64,000 bases of DNA, taken from positions 1,674,001 to 1,738,000 of the forward strand of contig CDPCPM010000239.1 in the NCBI GenBank assembly GCA_976551045.1. Reading direction: 5' to 3'. This stretch comes from Glaucostegus cemiculus. Taxonomy: Eukaryota. Positions 39,269-54,693 of the stretch are shown here, piece after piece. The number at the start of each line of letters is the position of its first letter. The stretch's first letter is position 1. The notes under the pieces are model-generated. The model saw only the letters and a program-made list of their open reading frames with translations, was not told where the DNA came from and did not search any database. A program made the position numbers and the translations under genes.

Positions 39269-41609
39269 CATAAGTGAAAATTCCATTAAGTACAGCTGAT
39301 GAGGACATGATCAGACCAGGATTGGGGCTATACAAGTTGTGTGCACCACAACCAGGAGGCAAGCATAAATCTAAGCATTGGACATCAGATCAGCTAGACA
39401 GTAAAGGTAATGGGACAGATCCTGCTAATTTTCAGCCAGCAATTCTATAGAGAAATGGTGGCTAACAGCAGTGTGCACATCAGCATGATCTGGACTACCG
39501 CACCATGCAGTACAGTGTGGAAGAACAGAATGCCTTGGAAATCGGACAACCTCTCCCTCCGTCACAGGCCATTGAGTGTAGGGGCAGTCCTTGGTGTCTT
39601 GAGCTGAGGGGGTCAGACATACTTCATCTGAACAAGGTCACCGGCCTTCACTAAAAAGAGTAAGTTTACCCAAGGTTTTGGTTTTTTTCTTTTATCACCA
39701 TATGTTTATATTTTAATTAATTAACAGGAACTTCATGTCTTTATAAGTAATTCTTTCTGAAATAAACTTTATTTTTTAATTATTTACATACATTTGAACA
39801 TTTAAAACACTGAATGTGGGGGAGGGGACTGAGGGCAGGCCCTCGGGATGCGCTACCTGGAGACTTGCTCATCACGGCCGTGGAACTGTGGCCTCACGGT
39901 CATTGACAGAGTCGCAACAGGTAAGAGTGGCTCTGGGGCTGGTGCAAAGATCGAGCACAGGAAGCAGGTCAGATCGAGTATGATCCAGCCCAGTGTTTCA
40001 TGAAATGTCTGTTGTAAGTGCTCTTCTCCATTTACTTACATTTATTGCTTCACAAAATTTCTTTTCCTCCTCTTTAGGTTCCTCCACAGCACTTGGCATT
40101 CCTTGCTGAGGGGCAGGGTTGGCAAACTCCATTCAGGTATCTGCCCATGCTCCTCTGTAACTTCCCTGTAGGTGAGGTGCTCACAGTTGGCTAGTGGTGA
40201 CACCCAACCTATCACTTCACTGATGCCCCACTTACCTGTGTTCTCTCCCACCACCACCACCACCTCTCCTTGTCCTACCCACTAACAGCCCGACCAAGTT
40301 TGTGAGTTTGTATGAACAGTTGTGACACCAGAAATGGACCTGGTCACTCAGTGGCATAGATTGTTCTTTCATCTTTTTCCAAAGAGCCCTGCACTAAAAT
40401 TCAGCCAGTCATCATAGGCAAACAGTTTTGACTAAGGAGCTTTCCAAGCACACTGTCAATGCCATGAGGCTGACCAGAAGCCTGGCAAAATGCTCCATAT
40501 ATTTCAGGAATCAAAGATGAAGTTTTAATGGCTCCAGTAAATGAACTAGAAGGTTGTCAAATAACCTTTGAGCATCAATCTCATTTTCTTGTAATCTCTT
40601 AAAACGCAAGCAGTAAAAAAGGTGGAAACATAATTATAAAACCATTATAAAACAGGCTGATTCTTCACCATGAGCAGCTTTTGTGTTCTAGCAAATGGCC
40701 AATTTCATCTTTGTTCCAATAATCAATGTTTTCATTATATGGAGAGAGTGCTGGCACCTTGGGGATTAGTGTAGAGACATTGAGGTAAGTTTTAATCCAA
40801 AATTCCACACAGGAACAAAATTCCACAGAGGAAATCCATGGAATCTGATATGTTCCAATCAATCCTACCCCACATCAACTTCAGTTCTGCAGCATGCATC
40901 CAACACAACAGAATTACACACTGAAACTATAAAGATAATATTCAGTTCAGAAACATGAAATTTATTTAACTCTCTTATTTTGAATTTGTGTTATTTTTGA
41001 GTGTGAATCTCCCTCTTTCTTGAATATTTCTTCCATCCCCTTCTTGTCGTGTGCTGCCCTTCAACCAAGAAGGGAACCTCATAACCTACTCTTTGAATTC
41101 CACCAGTGCTGTTTGAAGCCCTGGAGTAACCCAGGAATGATGATTCCTCCTATGATTGTAGGGCCATCTCTGATCTTCACACAAAAAGGTTGTTCTTAAT
41201 TGTCTTCTGATCATTAAAGGACCATAGTAATCTCAAACTGGGGTCAGTAGCTTTACTATCTGATTGACATCAATGGCCTTTTATCTAAAACATCTCCCTG
41301 TTACAAGCAGCAGTCTCCTTTTAAAATAGAATTCAAAGTTCAGGTGGCTACCAACCCACTAACTCCAACCTCCATGATTGCACCACTCCCCGTCCTCTGA
41401 GCCCTCAATCTAGCAATCCATTTGCTTAATGCTCTGCAGTATCCCCGTCAAATTTATATGAACTTGCGGCCCCAAAGGCATAGGGCAATGCAAGCCAGTC
41501 TGTCAGAGTGGACTGCTCAATCTGTCATCTAAAAATCAAAATTGACCTCAGTTTCTCACCATTACTTGAGCCATGATTGTGAGGTAGTCTCCAGTAAATC
41601 CAGTATGGG

Positions 41610-41825
41610 ACCAGGAAAAATTAATGTACCCAGAGTGATTAAAAAATGGAGTTGAATATGTGGAATTTGACAAATATATTTAAAAGAAAGCTGGATGCTC
41701 ATGATGGAGAAATAAGTGAATGCTGATAGGTTTGAGTGAAGTTGGGATGCAGGAGGCTTTTGTGGAGAAAAACACCATCTGGGATCATTTGGGTCATTTG
41801 GCCTGTTTCTGAACTGTGAATACTG
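41610..41825 (+). mobile_element. Decayed CR1 3' end
   Basis: atttaaaagaaagctggat and tail tggcctgtttctg. Confidence 0.6.
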
Positions 41826-44657
41826 TGCTATTCCATCTACTGGGGCTTTCTCAGGATAATTCTTATGAGCATGATCCCACACATTGTCATTCCACGGGAT
41901 TAGCACATGATTGGTTTAAAACCTCTGAGAGTATTTTGCATTATGTAATTAATTATGAATTTATATTATGGTCTTAATGATGATGCTGCAGTTAAGCAGG
42001 AAACAAAGAGAGGACAAAGCAGAAAACAGGAAACTCAAAGCAAGCATACGTATTCAGCTACATTTACAAGCCAAAGTTCTATAGTGCTACAAGTGACAGG
42101 GAAATTCTAAAGATCAGTTGCTGGTGGCACTCAGTTCTCTATTTCTGGTTCAAAATAGAATTGTATATGTGATAATGAGTATGACCAGCAGCAAATACTC
42201 TTAGATGTTTAGCACTAAGACCTAGATAAACTTCTCCCCAGGATAGTCCATTAACACGCTGCATTCAGGTTGATTAAGGCAATTGGACCAAGAAAGAGAC
42301 AGGGGGGGGGGAGGAGGCTTAAGGGTGGGGAGAATGCAGAAGTCATGCCAATGAGAAGCATAGCACAAAATGGCAGTCAAGGTTGTGTAATTGGAGGCTA
42401 GTGTTGAACATTGAAATATTGCACTGCTGCGGTTTCACGTCAGCTGGAATTCTGGTCAGCAAAGGAGGCTGTCAGATCTCCGAAATGATGCTCTATTGTT
42501 GGGCTTGAAGAGAAGTACTGGGTTGTCATGCAAATACATCAACATTTGAAATCTTTCTGTGCCACCTAGTAGTTTGTGACATGTTAATATTAATGCAGTG
42601 GCTTTTGCTACAGAGCTTAAGTTAGTTTACCGTTTTAAGTTCCTTACCATCACAGCTTTAATGGCAGACACTTTGTAATGAACAGAATAACAGTCCATTG
42701 AAGCAGACTGTTGTAATCCACCTATCATTTTCAATTCATATTTAATTGAAAATTATTAGATAAATAAAATCTCCATTTGAGAATGAAATCAATGCCGCTA
42801 AGTTTAGTGCTTATAACACAAGTGGTGTGAAATAGTTCTGGATAAGATCTAGTATAGTTGGTGGTAATGTTGGGGTTACCCAGCATTGTGTAATAATATT
42901 GCTTTCATTGCAGCCCTGTCAACCAGACTCCTGACCTGTCAACCTATGATCACAGTTCATTTTAACACAACTATGTCAATGTGACACTTAACCTACATTG
43001 TCTTTCAATAATTTCCACTGCTTTCTTTGACCCAAACCCGAGCTAATTGCTAATAATATGCATACTCAGTCAATAATTTCTCAAGTGCTTTGAGTCATAT
43101 GCTATAGGATCATACATCTGTTTGCTACACATTAGGCTGTGTGACCTCAGGCAGAGGACAGGAGGGAGAAAATAAGAAGAGAGAACTCAGCCCAGATATC
43201 CGAGCAGCCAACCACCGAGGACGGGCTGAGGCATCAGTTCATCCTTTCATTTGAGAAAATGTTTTGCATGATTGGAAGCAGTAAATGAATGAAAAAAGGA
43301 ATATGTAATTAGGGACATTTAATTTTCAGAAAGAAGCCAATGAGTGGATTTATAATTTATAGCAGCAGTCTATCACCATAATTCTGGTTCAATCACTTTT
43401 ATCATTGTAGAGATTGGAAATTTTTGGAATAAAAGAATAAAAAGGTGTAGAAAATTATATCTCTTCTTACCTATTTAAGGGAAAGTGGGCCTGGTTCCTC
43501 TAGATTATGGACCTTCAATAAACATCTAACCAGTTTTTTTTTCTCTCAGTGTCCCTTGGAACCACCTAAAACTAACTGTTTATTACACATGTAAATGCTG
43601 GACTAAGTGTCTGCTTTCAGTGCCTGCTCAGGAATTGGTTCCAACCAGCAGAGCAAGCGTGGACCTTTCCCATTTTAGGTGGAGTGTTCTTCCCATCCTT
43701 TCACATTTATTCCCCACCTTATTACTGGTGACCCCCACCTTCTGTTTTTGAACAACTTCAGGATATTTCCATGAAGCCAAATTAAATGTGGGGGTATAAA
43801 AGGCTTTGCAAGCTTACCCAGATTAAGTGGCCAAGGCCTGAAGTACAATTTGAGGTGAGCCTCAGACTTTGCTCTTGGGATACGTGCCAGAAAATGGGCC
43901 ATGAACATTTTCCACCCTCATGCTCCTTCCTCTTTACAGAGAACCAGCATCTGACAGAGTGCACAGTGATCTGGACTTTAGTTTGCCGGGTAGAGTTTGA
44001 GATTTAATGTTTCAGTTCCCTTTGTGGTGACTTTTGATCCCAGATTTTTTTATTAGGCCAAAATACCCATCAGAAGACAAGCATCTCCCATGAAGTTGAA
44101 GCAATAATCCTGTTTTTTTTTACAAAAATACTTCACTTTATGGACAATGTGCCAACACAGTTCATATAAAGAAATGAGAATGGGATTTGAATCCAGATGT
44201 TCAGACTACAGTGGATTAGCAGTCAACTTCTTTAACCTCTCGCCCATCTCTTCATAACATTCATCCAGTCATTCCTCTGCACTGCCATGTGACTTTTTAA
44301 AATCAGACAAAGCCCAAGTTACTGGGAATATATCATTACATTGCTCTTTTTTGGATAGGATGGCCAATCTGGCCCAAGGGAATGAAGAGACTGAGAAATA
44401 TAAAATTACAACACTTTAAAAACCTAAACGCATTCAGGCAATGTGGCTTGAATATGATACTGTTTAGTATATCTTGGATCCGGTCTGTCCAAACAAATGG
44501 TTGAATTTTGGTTCGGGCACTATAGTCAACATTTTAATAAGCAGATGTTCTACTATAGCAAGTTATTATTCAGTGATGATGGATAATTGCAAGCCAGACT
44601 AACTGTTAAAATTGAATTTTTTCCCCATCCCCTTTTCTGTTTCTCTTGCTCTTGCAG

Positions 44658-44779
44658 GAGGCCTTCAGATACACATGGTGCGGCTGCTGTACCTGAGAGC
44701 TTCGAAGGACTGAGATATCAACGTGTGAGAAAGCCCAAGAAGGCAACCCAGCTCCCCTCAAAACCATGCCGAAAAAACA
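44658..44779 (+). CDS. IGSF9B: IGSF9B penultimate exon (RPSDTHGAAAVPESFEGLRYQRVRKPKKATQLPSKPCRKN)
   Basis: Long pyrimidine tract with ttgcag| acceptor (phase 2) and AACA|gtgagt donor (phase 1). Matches the recalled long isoform motif AAAPERLEALKYQRIKKPKK. Confidence 0.88.
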
Positions 44780-45289
44780 GTGAGTGATGTGATGAACTGA
44801 AATGGGGCTGAGCATTAGATAACTTTGAAGAGGAATGAATAAGGCATTCATATCTTCCACAAGTTCTTCTTCAGAGATAGGTTCAATGTGCTTTATATCT
44901 TTTGGATAGCATTGATTTTAAATGCTATTTATTTTATTACATCTGAGCACTTAGACCATTCATATAGCGTCCTTTTCCATGACACTATAACCCACTGACT
45001 AAACCAACGAATGCTTTAATGGATAATGCTTAATGCTCCATTTCAAAGAGAAGGCTGATGACAGTTTTGCAAATGTTTCAGGTGTACATATAACATCCAA
45101 AACTGCCATTCATAGATTTTAGTTGATGTTGTTATAATTACCATTACTGCCTTGACCATAAACTGGAATTGGTGGAAAAGTAATAAAGTTTATGGCAAGA
45201 ACTAAAGACAATAGCTATGATCTTCCCAGTAATTAGTTGCAGGAAATTCCTATTGATCCAGCCTGGGTGGTGAAAATTAGAGACAATGA

Positions 45290-45570
45290 GCAGTCAGGAG
45301 AGGTGGTGATGAGCTTGCCAGCATGCATGTGGTAAGTGACATGGATTTTTTAGATAACTTTGCCTGTGGGCAGCATGGAGATGAGAAATAGAAAATGACC
45401 AAGAACTGAAGTAATGGAGGAGGGAGAAGTCATACCTGGCAATTCTTTGGCTCATCTGGTTAGATGAAACCAGATCCTAACCTGATGGATGTGGTCGAGA
45501 GGTGTTTGAAGAAGATCGTGTGGTCAGCCTAGTCAAGAGCTGCAGGTAGGTCTAAAAGAATGAGAAGTGA
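45290..45570 (-). mobile_element. Ancient L2-clade RT fragment
   Basis: The minus strand reads LLILLDLPAALD*ADHTIF and VLGHFLFLISMLPTG...HMHA, decayed forms of LLDLSAAFDTVDH and LGPLLFxIYMLPLG...HxYADD. Confidence 0.7.
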
Positions 45571-47994
45571 ACATTAATTTTTGTTACAGTCACTTAGGTT
45601 TCAATATTATAAGAAATATAAGATATTTGATGTAAGGGCTCTAACCTGAAGTTAAGAAAAGATGGACACAGTTCTGGGAGATACCACCACATTCAAGTGC
45701 TTTGGAAAGGACTGGGAGTTGATCCATAGTTCTTTAACATCAATAGGATCACCAGACAATTCCAAAACATTGATGCTTGACACTGAGTAAATTAAAGAGT
45801 ACTCTCTAAAGGGACCACTACAGTGCACTTAGGAAAGCTTATCGCTGATTTTTGTAAGGTCACAAGGAGCCTTAATGTCCTTTGTTATCTCATAAATAAA
45901 TAATTCCGTGATGTGGCCCTCCCAGGAAACATTGCTCTTTCAGCCTCTCTATTAATTTACCCAATCCTGGTGGGTTCCACAATGTACTGAGCACATGTGA
46001 TGGAATGATAATAGATCCCAACCATAAAAATTGTCTCCCTTTTGTTGTGACTTTGGACAGAGTTGACATCTACCAAAAGCAGTGACCCCTGTATATCAGG
46101 GAATATGTGTTTATATCTATAAAACACTTTTGCTGAAATGCTATTTTTTTTGTTCTCTTTCTGCGCTCTCTGCCAAAGATTTTGGTAAAGCCATTAGGGG
46201 TCATTAAAAATATGCATGAAAAGAAAATAAGTGAATATGCCCACTATAATTATGGACCACTTCCAACACTTAGCAACATGTGGCTCAGCTGAGACTTTAG
46301 TCTCGGGCTGTGCTACAATCTTGTGTCAACTTAAAGTAACTTCTGTGTGCATATAGAATTAGTTATATAACTTCAGCATCATGAAGCACCTGTAATACCC
46401 CGGCAGGAGGTTCAAATTAACTCAAGTTCACCATCATTGAACCCAGGTTAAAAGACAGAAATAACCTCCCTGATAATCCAAGAGATTCCTTGGGTCCTTT
46501 TAAAACTTCATACAGAATAGATATCCCCCTTAGTTATCCTTTCAATAAAAATTGACGACCCAGGACACAGAATTTCAAGCATGCACAAGTATGAATGCAC
46601 AGATCGTCTTCCTCACTGATTTTTGTATGCTGTGGGTGCACCCACATGGTTGGCAGTCTAACTCTTAAGCTGGCAAGCATGCATCACAATTCACAGTGGT
46701 AGGGCTGGAGGATCCAGTCTGACTATTCCCCATAAAATTTCTAACAACAGACCTACAGGAAATAGTCCCTGCCCAATTTTTATTATGTTTTTAGTAAAAT
46801 CATATATATTTACCTGCAGATCAATAGTTGCAACACAAATTCTGAGGGAAAATCAACCCAATATCATGTGTCTGTTTAGCCTTTGAGAAGCATGTTAACA
46901 ATCTAATGTGGTGCAGCTTGATATTGGAATGCATTAGCTGGATTTTGGGTAATCAACACCTCCAGGTCGAATTTGGCTGTAGTCTTGTTGCTAGTCAGAT
47001 GGTAACATTCACTTAAAGCAGAAATGTAACTTACTAGACAAATGGTACACTGGATCAAAGCAGGCAGAATAGTTGGAAGTACTTTCACTTCTTTTATTTC
47101 TCCAATTAGTAGCTTCTTGCTATCTTGTCTGGTACCTGATGATAGATGACTAGTTCAGTGTGGACCATCAGATTCGGCTACTGCTCAGGTCAGTGAATGC
47201 TGTTCAGCTCAAACCCCTGCCTAACATCCATTTTCCTGATTTGTCCTGGTCATGTCAGCCCAGAATGATGCATCTGTTCTTTGTCATTTAATTGTACAGC
47301 TGTACATCTGGGTGCCGAGGACTAGGCTCCCTCAAGGTCTTTCAGTTAACACTTGACTGAATAACAAATTGTTATCAACTTTCTGCTCGGACACAGAAAG
47401 GCTAAAACTGATCCATCCATTCTCGTGCCAGTGAAATAAACTGTTGGCAAACCACTTGCTTAACTGACATATGTGCTGCAATCAACTGCGTGGTTAAGAA
47501 AACAAACTTGCTCTCTGATTTCAAACTCCTAAATGTCTTGCTATCTGAACCAGGCTGAAAAATTTATAACTTCTCTATTAGTCTGCTCAGGGGAGCATAT
47601 TTAATACAGCATAGTGCCAATACAGACTGTTCCCAGGCAATGAACAGACACTAGGTAGTCGATTTTGTCCGCAAGTCAGAAAGTACACAAAAAAATATCT
47701 TGATATGGTAACCATACCTTCACAGTATTGTAATGAATGGCATCAAAAGCACATAAGAAAGAACAATTACTAAAAGTGGACAGAGAGAGGAAACTAGTTC
47801 TGCCATTTGTGGCAACAAAGGTATGTATGGACATCAGACCTCTAAATTTAATAATATTATGGGAACTCACTGGTATGTAGGGGTGTCCATAAGTCGGCAT
47901 TCACAACCCGACGACAACCTTACTACAGCAAGGTCCCTGTTATAGTTAAGCTCTTTTTAATCTCTTACAATTCACATTTCATTGTTTTTCATAT

Positions 47995-48215
47995 CAAAGT
48001 CAAAGTTGAGTTTATTATCATCTGCACAAGTACATGTATGCACAGGGGCAATGAAAATCTTACTTGCAGCAGCATCACAGGCACATAGTATCATATAAGC
48101 AGCATTCACAAGAAAAACTTAAATTAGAGATAATTTTTACTAGAAAAAAAATGATTAGTACAATAACTAAACAAAGTGATCAGAGTAGTCACGGTGTTGC
48201 TAAACTATAGTGGTG
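47995..48215 (-). mobile_element. LINE 3' UTR fragment (probably Rex1/Babar-like)
   Basis: aaagttgagtttattatcat...gcaatgaaaatcttacttgcagcagcatcacagg has the same architecture as the 34558 and 58735 tails. Confidence 0.5.
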
Positions 48216-49002
48216 ATATGCTTCTGATTGTTGCCTAATTACTTAGTTTTTTGTCTAAGTTCTAACAGTCAAATTCATAGCTTAAATTCTAACCCATTGA
48301 ATGAATAGAATGCTCAACTGGCAGAATTTTGAAGGAAATTCCTGGAGGTCCTGCCTGCGACTGCCTGGAAAGAAATACCCAACAAACAACTTATTAGGCT
48401 TTTGCACCTCTGCACTATGGTAGCCATTAAAAATCAATTAAATATACAGGGAACAATCATAAGAACTCCTGTAGGAATTACCAACCTGAAGTGCAATGTG
48501 TGATTTGCAGCCAAATGTTATGCTGTGAACTACTTACTCTTAAGCTCAACAATAGAATCAGCAAGAATATAATTCTGCACTCTTGTACATAGTTGCATGC
48601 GCTTAATTTTGTGACAGAGATCGATCAGATCTTTAAACATGCTGAATTTTTAGATTCGCTAATATTTCTACTTAGAAAAGAAAGATAGATGAATCATAAT
48701 TGAGGAATTAAATCTCAATAGAGATTCTTGTGGGTTTATTCAACTGGTATATTCAGGGTTCATGGTAAGAACAACATTTTACTTGCAACTATATTGTATT
48801 GTTTCATTTAACTGCTCACTGCCTCCCTCCATCATACAGCACTCAGCATTTCATCCAATTGTTGACTTTGTTTAGGATGCTTAATTTGGTTTCATGTGAG
48901 GAAAGATAGCTGCCATTCTGTCCTGTTTTATCTTTCCTCCCCAGATGTCCTCTGTGACATCTTACTTTTCAAACGGCATGAACAAGAAAATGGTAAAACT
49001 GC

Positions 49003-49372
49003 GTGATAGCATAGTGCTTATATTGCAAGACTGGAAATCCATTGGCATTGACCAATGATGTAAACCAAATCCCTCCATGATAGCTGGGGAATCCGAAGTA
49101 AATTACTGGTTGAAATCCAGATTAAAAAGACTACCATCAATATCAGAAACTACTGTATCATTGTAAAAACCCCATCTGATTTACTCATATACTTTTAGGA
49201 AAGAAATGTGCAGTTCTCTCCTGGACCTGCCAAAATGTGACTCCAGACCCTCAGCGATGTGAGGGATCCTTAACTGCGCTCTGCATTGGTCCTACAAGCC
49301 ACTCAGTTCAAAGCACTTAGGGAAGAACACTAGCCTTGCCAGTCACTCACATCTGTCAATGAATTAAGAAAT
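49003..49372 (+). mobile_element. Old SINE, same family as 6368-6722
   Basis: Shared atgtgactccagaccc and agccttgccag...aatgaattaagaaa tail. Confidence 0.7.
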
Positions 49373-52300
49373 GTCTCATGCAAATGTTTTGACTTCACAA
49401 GTGATGGTAGTCTCTCATTACTTCACTCAAGGTACTATTTCATCTATGAAAATAAATACCAAGAGGTGATTTGACTATCTGGGCATCAGTACCTATAATC
49501 CCGTCCACATTTATAATCCTAGAAATCTAAAATGCACACAAAGGGCACACAACACTTGTCTCTGCCAGTTCTTTCCCACAAAAATTTAATCCCACAATTC
49601 TGATTTTACTCCTTACTTTTCACTAATTTGTATACTTGTCTACTTTTCAAAAAAAATTGTTCCTCCTCGACTATTAAATATTCAACAAATCTTGTAATAA
49701 GAATTCTCCACTCTTTCCTTATTCTCTTTATTGAAATTTTATATCAACAACCTATCTTTACCTACTCCCCAGAAAAAGGAAGTTGTCTTCCCTACAACTG
49801 TCACTAATAATTTGAAGATTATCCATTTAATTCATTCTTAGATTCCTCTGGTCCAGTGGAAATACTTTCAGTCTCTCTTTTACGGATCTTTATAGATACC
49901 CATTGAATTATTCTTGTGAATTTAGTGTAAACTGACAGCAATGAGTATTGACTTCCAGCAAAGTCACTGGATACTGGCCATCAGGAAAACCCTGGCATTT
50001 TCCACCTTCTAAAGTTGAAGCCTATACCATTAGTATCCTGGATGGAAGTTAGAACAGGCTTCAAGCTAAGAATATTTTTGTTATAGAAATCTCAGAACCA
50101 TTCAATGACCCATCAAGTTCTCAGACCAGCAGGCAATAATGATCCTGGAGTGGATTTCAAGAATACGAAGTCAGAGTACCTTTATATAAAAGCAAAACTA
50201 ACAAAAAAAATGGCTTATGAAATTGTTGTCAGACCATTTGAAAGGTTGGCTTTGAAAATCTTTTTCTTTAAACCCATGATGTGACTGGATTAACTGGAAT
50301 AATTTCAAGATGGATTTGACATGGTCAACTGTCATTGCAACAAAAGACAACTGAAAGAAGCACGTTTCATACTGCAGATATGTGCAATGCGCAATATCAT
50401 GCAAGCTTAGCTTTTAACTCATTATGTATGCTTCTGCCTATCAATGTCTTCACAAGACTAACATACCATGAAATTGCATCTTGCTGACATGTGTTGTGTC
50501 CAAGGTCAACCATTCTGACGTTGTTGTTGTAAACTGTGTAGAGCTTCTCTGTTGTCCCTGAAATAGATTTTGGTGTTAAATTCAAGCTCAGAACAAAACA
50601 CTTTGCTGTGCTACCAGGATAGTTCTTTTTTGTGTATTTGCCACATTTCTTGTTGAGCATATTCATTTAATATAGAGCTCCAAGTAACTTTATCCTGTAG
50701 ATCTGTGAGAATCTTGGGATCGAGCAAATTTATCACCCATAACCACCATTAAAAAAGACATTTTCAATCCCCACCTCTGGGCTAGCTTGACTGATTACAG
50801 TCAGGACTTTTTATCTCGCCTTTATATTCAGACGTTCTCTGTACCTTCCCCAGAGGCATTTTTATCTGAATATCAAACCTTTATCTGAAACAAGTAGCAG
50901 AAATGCTACCACTGAAAGTTTATTTAACGTTAGTAATTATGAAATATGTGTAATTAATTAGTGCCAGAATACAAGCTAGACATTGCTAAGACAATTATGC
51001 ATCCTTTCAATACCTTTGACCAGGTTGCTTCTTTGAAGAGGTAAAAAGGTAATCAGATTTATGCCTGGTTTAGCAGAAGAAATCAAAATACTAAATGCCT
51101 CAAAAATTTAAATTTTGACCACATCCTCCTTAAAGCCAGTCAGGTAACCATGGCATGATACCTCTCTGAGGAAAGACTAAGCAATTAAGTACACAGATCA
51201 TGTTTTGCAGGCCAAGGTCATATCACATATATTGTAAGCACTTGGTTGCTCTTCACACCTTTGGTGATGCAACCAAGGTCTGTAAAATAAGGTATTGTGC
51301 AATAAGCATGAGATCATTTCATCCTTTCATATTTGCTGAAATACCCTTGCAAAAACAAAAATTCCAAATTACCAAATTTAAGGAACTGCAAATACAAAAT
51401 TGCTCACTTCAAACTCAGGGTTCAGATTTGAAATCACAATAGAAGCTTTTAATCAAACAACATGACTGCAGATAAATACAATTCAATTTATTAATGATGT
51501 GATTTAGGTATATTGAAACTTGTGATCTATTTCCATTTACAATTCCATTTGCACTATTCTTTGATTTTCATGAGATTATCATTAAACTCTTTGATTTGAA
51601 CTGTGATGCCATGGCTTAACAAAATGAATTGCCTTTTCCTTATTTTTATCTTTTCGTATTGAATCTTGCAATCTCATCAACCAGTGACTTGATTTGGTGC
51701 TTAGTGATATGGACAACTCATTCGTTACAACCAAACTTCTAATAAAGTGGCTTTTCTATGTCATTCTATACTGTGGGAAAATAATCAGGAGTATTCTAAG
51801 CAGAGAAAATGTATCTACATAACTATTGACTTGCACAGAATTTCTATATGTGAATAATTTATAAATAGTGGCAAAAGGTAATGCTTCCTTTGAGATAATC
51901 TTTGCTATATTTTGTAATGTAGGTGTTTTGGAACTTGCACTTGGGACCTGAGTCAGTCTGAAGTATTCAGAAGCAGTATGAGCTACCAGTAAATCCATCA
52001 ATTAGTATCTGTTCTTCCTGATATAGCATTACTATACTTGTGTATTAGTCATCACTGAGCACTATTGGTAGAAAGCCAATAGCATATATCTGGGCTGGAT
52101 TGTCAACTCATAGCCTGGCAGTTACAGCGGTAGATATTGGAAATTTAATGATGTTTCGGGATAGAAGGTGGGCAGCATAGTGGGGAAGGAAACCAGCCAC
52201 CAAACCACCAACTTTCCCCTTTCCCCAGATGCAGGTCCATCACCTTTGCTGAGCTCCGATGGGACCTGGAATCTCCATGTCTTTTGGGTTGGCAGACAGC

Positions 52301-54111
52301 CACCTGCCCAGGCAATCCAAGCAGCAGTAACAGTGGGTGCTGCTAGACTGCTGAATGATGGGAAGCCTCCAGCTCAGTGAAACCCAGGAAGGAACATAGT
52401 CTCTGGTTTAGTCTAGCACAGAGCGATGGTTATATTCATGCTGAGTTATCTGAGCAGTGCGGCCAAGAGTTAACACGGCCTGATAAATGGAGCATATAAT
52501 TATTATATTATTTAACATCTTTAAATCTGGATTGATGCTGCCAGGTTTTCCTTGCATCCTGGGCTGGGTTCACCTCATCTTGAAACAGCTAAGCCCGATT
52601 CACTAGAGCAGAACTAAATTAACACAAACCACTGATCCCAATTGGGTCTGCAGAAGAAATGAAGAGAAAGGGAAGGAAAGATTGGCTGGGATTTGACCTC
52701 TAACTGAATGCCTGTGGATTATTAGAAACAAACTAATTATCAAACCATGGGTGAAACTGGGCCAATGAAAGAAGTGATGGAGGAGGCCAAGATGATCTCT
52801 GCTCAGGACAGGTTTATGAGAAGCAGTAGGTGACAGCCTGACAATAGGTTAGGATCTCTGTTTCTCTGCATCTGCCTCGAACCCAGTCCATTCCCCTTAG
52901 ATGTGAGATATACTGACTGCATTTCAGGCTACTGATGAGGTCTTCCCTGCCAAGGGCAAACCTGGCATGATATGGGGAAGGCTAGGAAAAGACCAGCACC
53001 AGATGAGTGCCCCAAATGTCAGTCAAGATTTCAACTGAAGGTACAACCAAGTCCTTCATGGGCTAAATATTTGGTGCCATTTGGGAGGAATATAAACTAC
53101 TACAAAATCCTTTCACCCCATAAAGGAATCTCAAACTCTTTACTGTCACTTTCCAATGCCTAATGCCTCTGAATCACTGTCCTCCAAGTCTTTTTTTTCA
53201 CACATACTACAGTCATCAGCTCATATGAGAAATGGCCATGTGGTCTTCAGCATGCGACGAAGATGTCTGCACTGCACTGCAACCACCAGTCCAGCTAACT
53301 GCCAAACTCAGTTGGGAGCTCAGCAAGGCCAGTGAGGGACAAAGATATGGGGAATGCTGCAGCCACCTATACCTTAAATATAACCAGCCAGTGCTGGGTC
53401 AAATGATCCGGCCCATTATTAAAATAGGGAGTCTACAGTTCAATTCAGATTGGATGAATGCATCCACTGTCCTCCTGCTATAAATTATCCTCAAAATTAG
53501 TTATGCGGCAAGTGTTTGTGCATAATAGCAAACAGAATCAGGATTGTATACAAAGCTCAATTTTGCTCTGGTCATCTTGAAATATTGATTCCCCATCTTC
53601 AGTCTTGCCACCTACTGGATCTTTAAAATGTAACAAGGGATTTGACTAATCCACTGTCATAATATGCTGAAGAGTTCTCTCAGCTACTAGGCTGCTATAC
53701 GGAACTACTGGACAGAGGATCAGTGTTTCTCTCAAGTAGCTTGAGAGGAGAGGGCTGTGGAGAAAGTCAAAATATGATACATTGATTACCCTGAGAAATT
53801 GTTACGCCTCCCTTTCTAGCAAGCAAATGCAGAACTATATTTGCCCAAGGTTAAGAACAGACCCAGCTTCTGGGCTGAAATAAAATACGTAGCAAAGCTA
53901 AACTAATGGCAACTAATGCTGAAAGACAAGTTTAAGGTATTTTAAAATCTTTCACCTATGTAAAATGTTATCTCTTACCTTGGTCAAACCTCAAAGATGC
54001 TGAATGATTATTGGTGGTTTCTAAAACTTGATTCTCGTTTTCCAATTTTTTTAATACCAGTAAGTCTGTTGTTTATATTTTTATTTTCTATTTGGTCTTC
54101 ACAATGAGCAC

Positions 54112-54395
54112 AATAGGGTAGATAGACTTTTTTAAAATCAAAAACTAGAGGGCATAGGCGGAAGGTGAGGGATATAGGGTTTAAAGGGCATTTGAGGGCA
54201 ATTATTTATTTTTTTACACACAGAGTGATCGATATCTGGAACACATTGCCAGAGAAATCAGACAAAATCACTATTTTTAGACAGGCACTTATATAGGCAA
54301 GGCATAGAAGGATATAGACCAAGTACAGGCAATGGGGTTAGTGTGGATGGGCAAAAAGGTCGGCATGGACATGGTGCCGCACTAGTCTATGACTC
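54112..54395 (+). mobile_element. CR1-type LINE 3' end
   Basis: actagagggcatagg (TRGHR) and acacagagtg...ctggaacacattgccagag. Confidence 0.8.
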
Positions 54396-54663
54396 TTATG
54401 AGAGAAAATTCATTAACTGAAATTTATAAAGAGGCTGTTCGAACATTGATTTTGACCAGTATTTTAATAATCCATTTTTGCACTTGGTATGGGTAATGGA
54501 ATGGTGTTTTCCACAGAAAAATATAGTGCTGCAGATTTATTTTTTAATTCTGCCCCTCTGCAGTTATGAATAACGACACCCTGCAAAGTGATCAAATGGT
54601 AATTCCTTTCCTTCGGTAGTTAAAGCTCATCAAACCCAAGCGTACTCATTCAGATATGGTTAG

Positions 54664-54670
54664 CACTAAC
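54664..54670 (+). promoter_or_regulatory. Branch point (cactaac) of the last IGSF9B intron
   Basis: Near-consensus branch sequence about 24 nt upstream of the tag| acceptor at 54693. Confidence 0.7.
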
Positions 54671-54693
54671 TGAATGCTTCTTGTTTTGGTTAG

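Noticed and set aside
52932-52965. ctgatgag...ggcaaac hammerhead-like string
   Set aside because: It lacks an intact GAAA and convincing stems, so it is probably chance.
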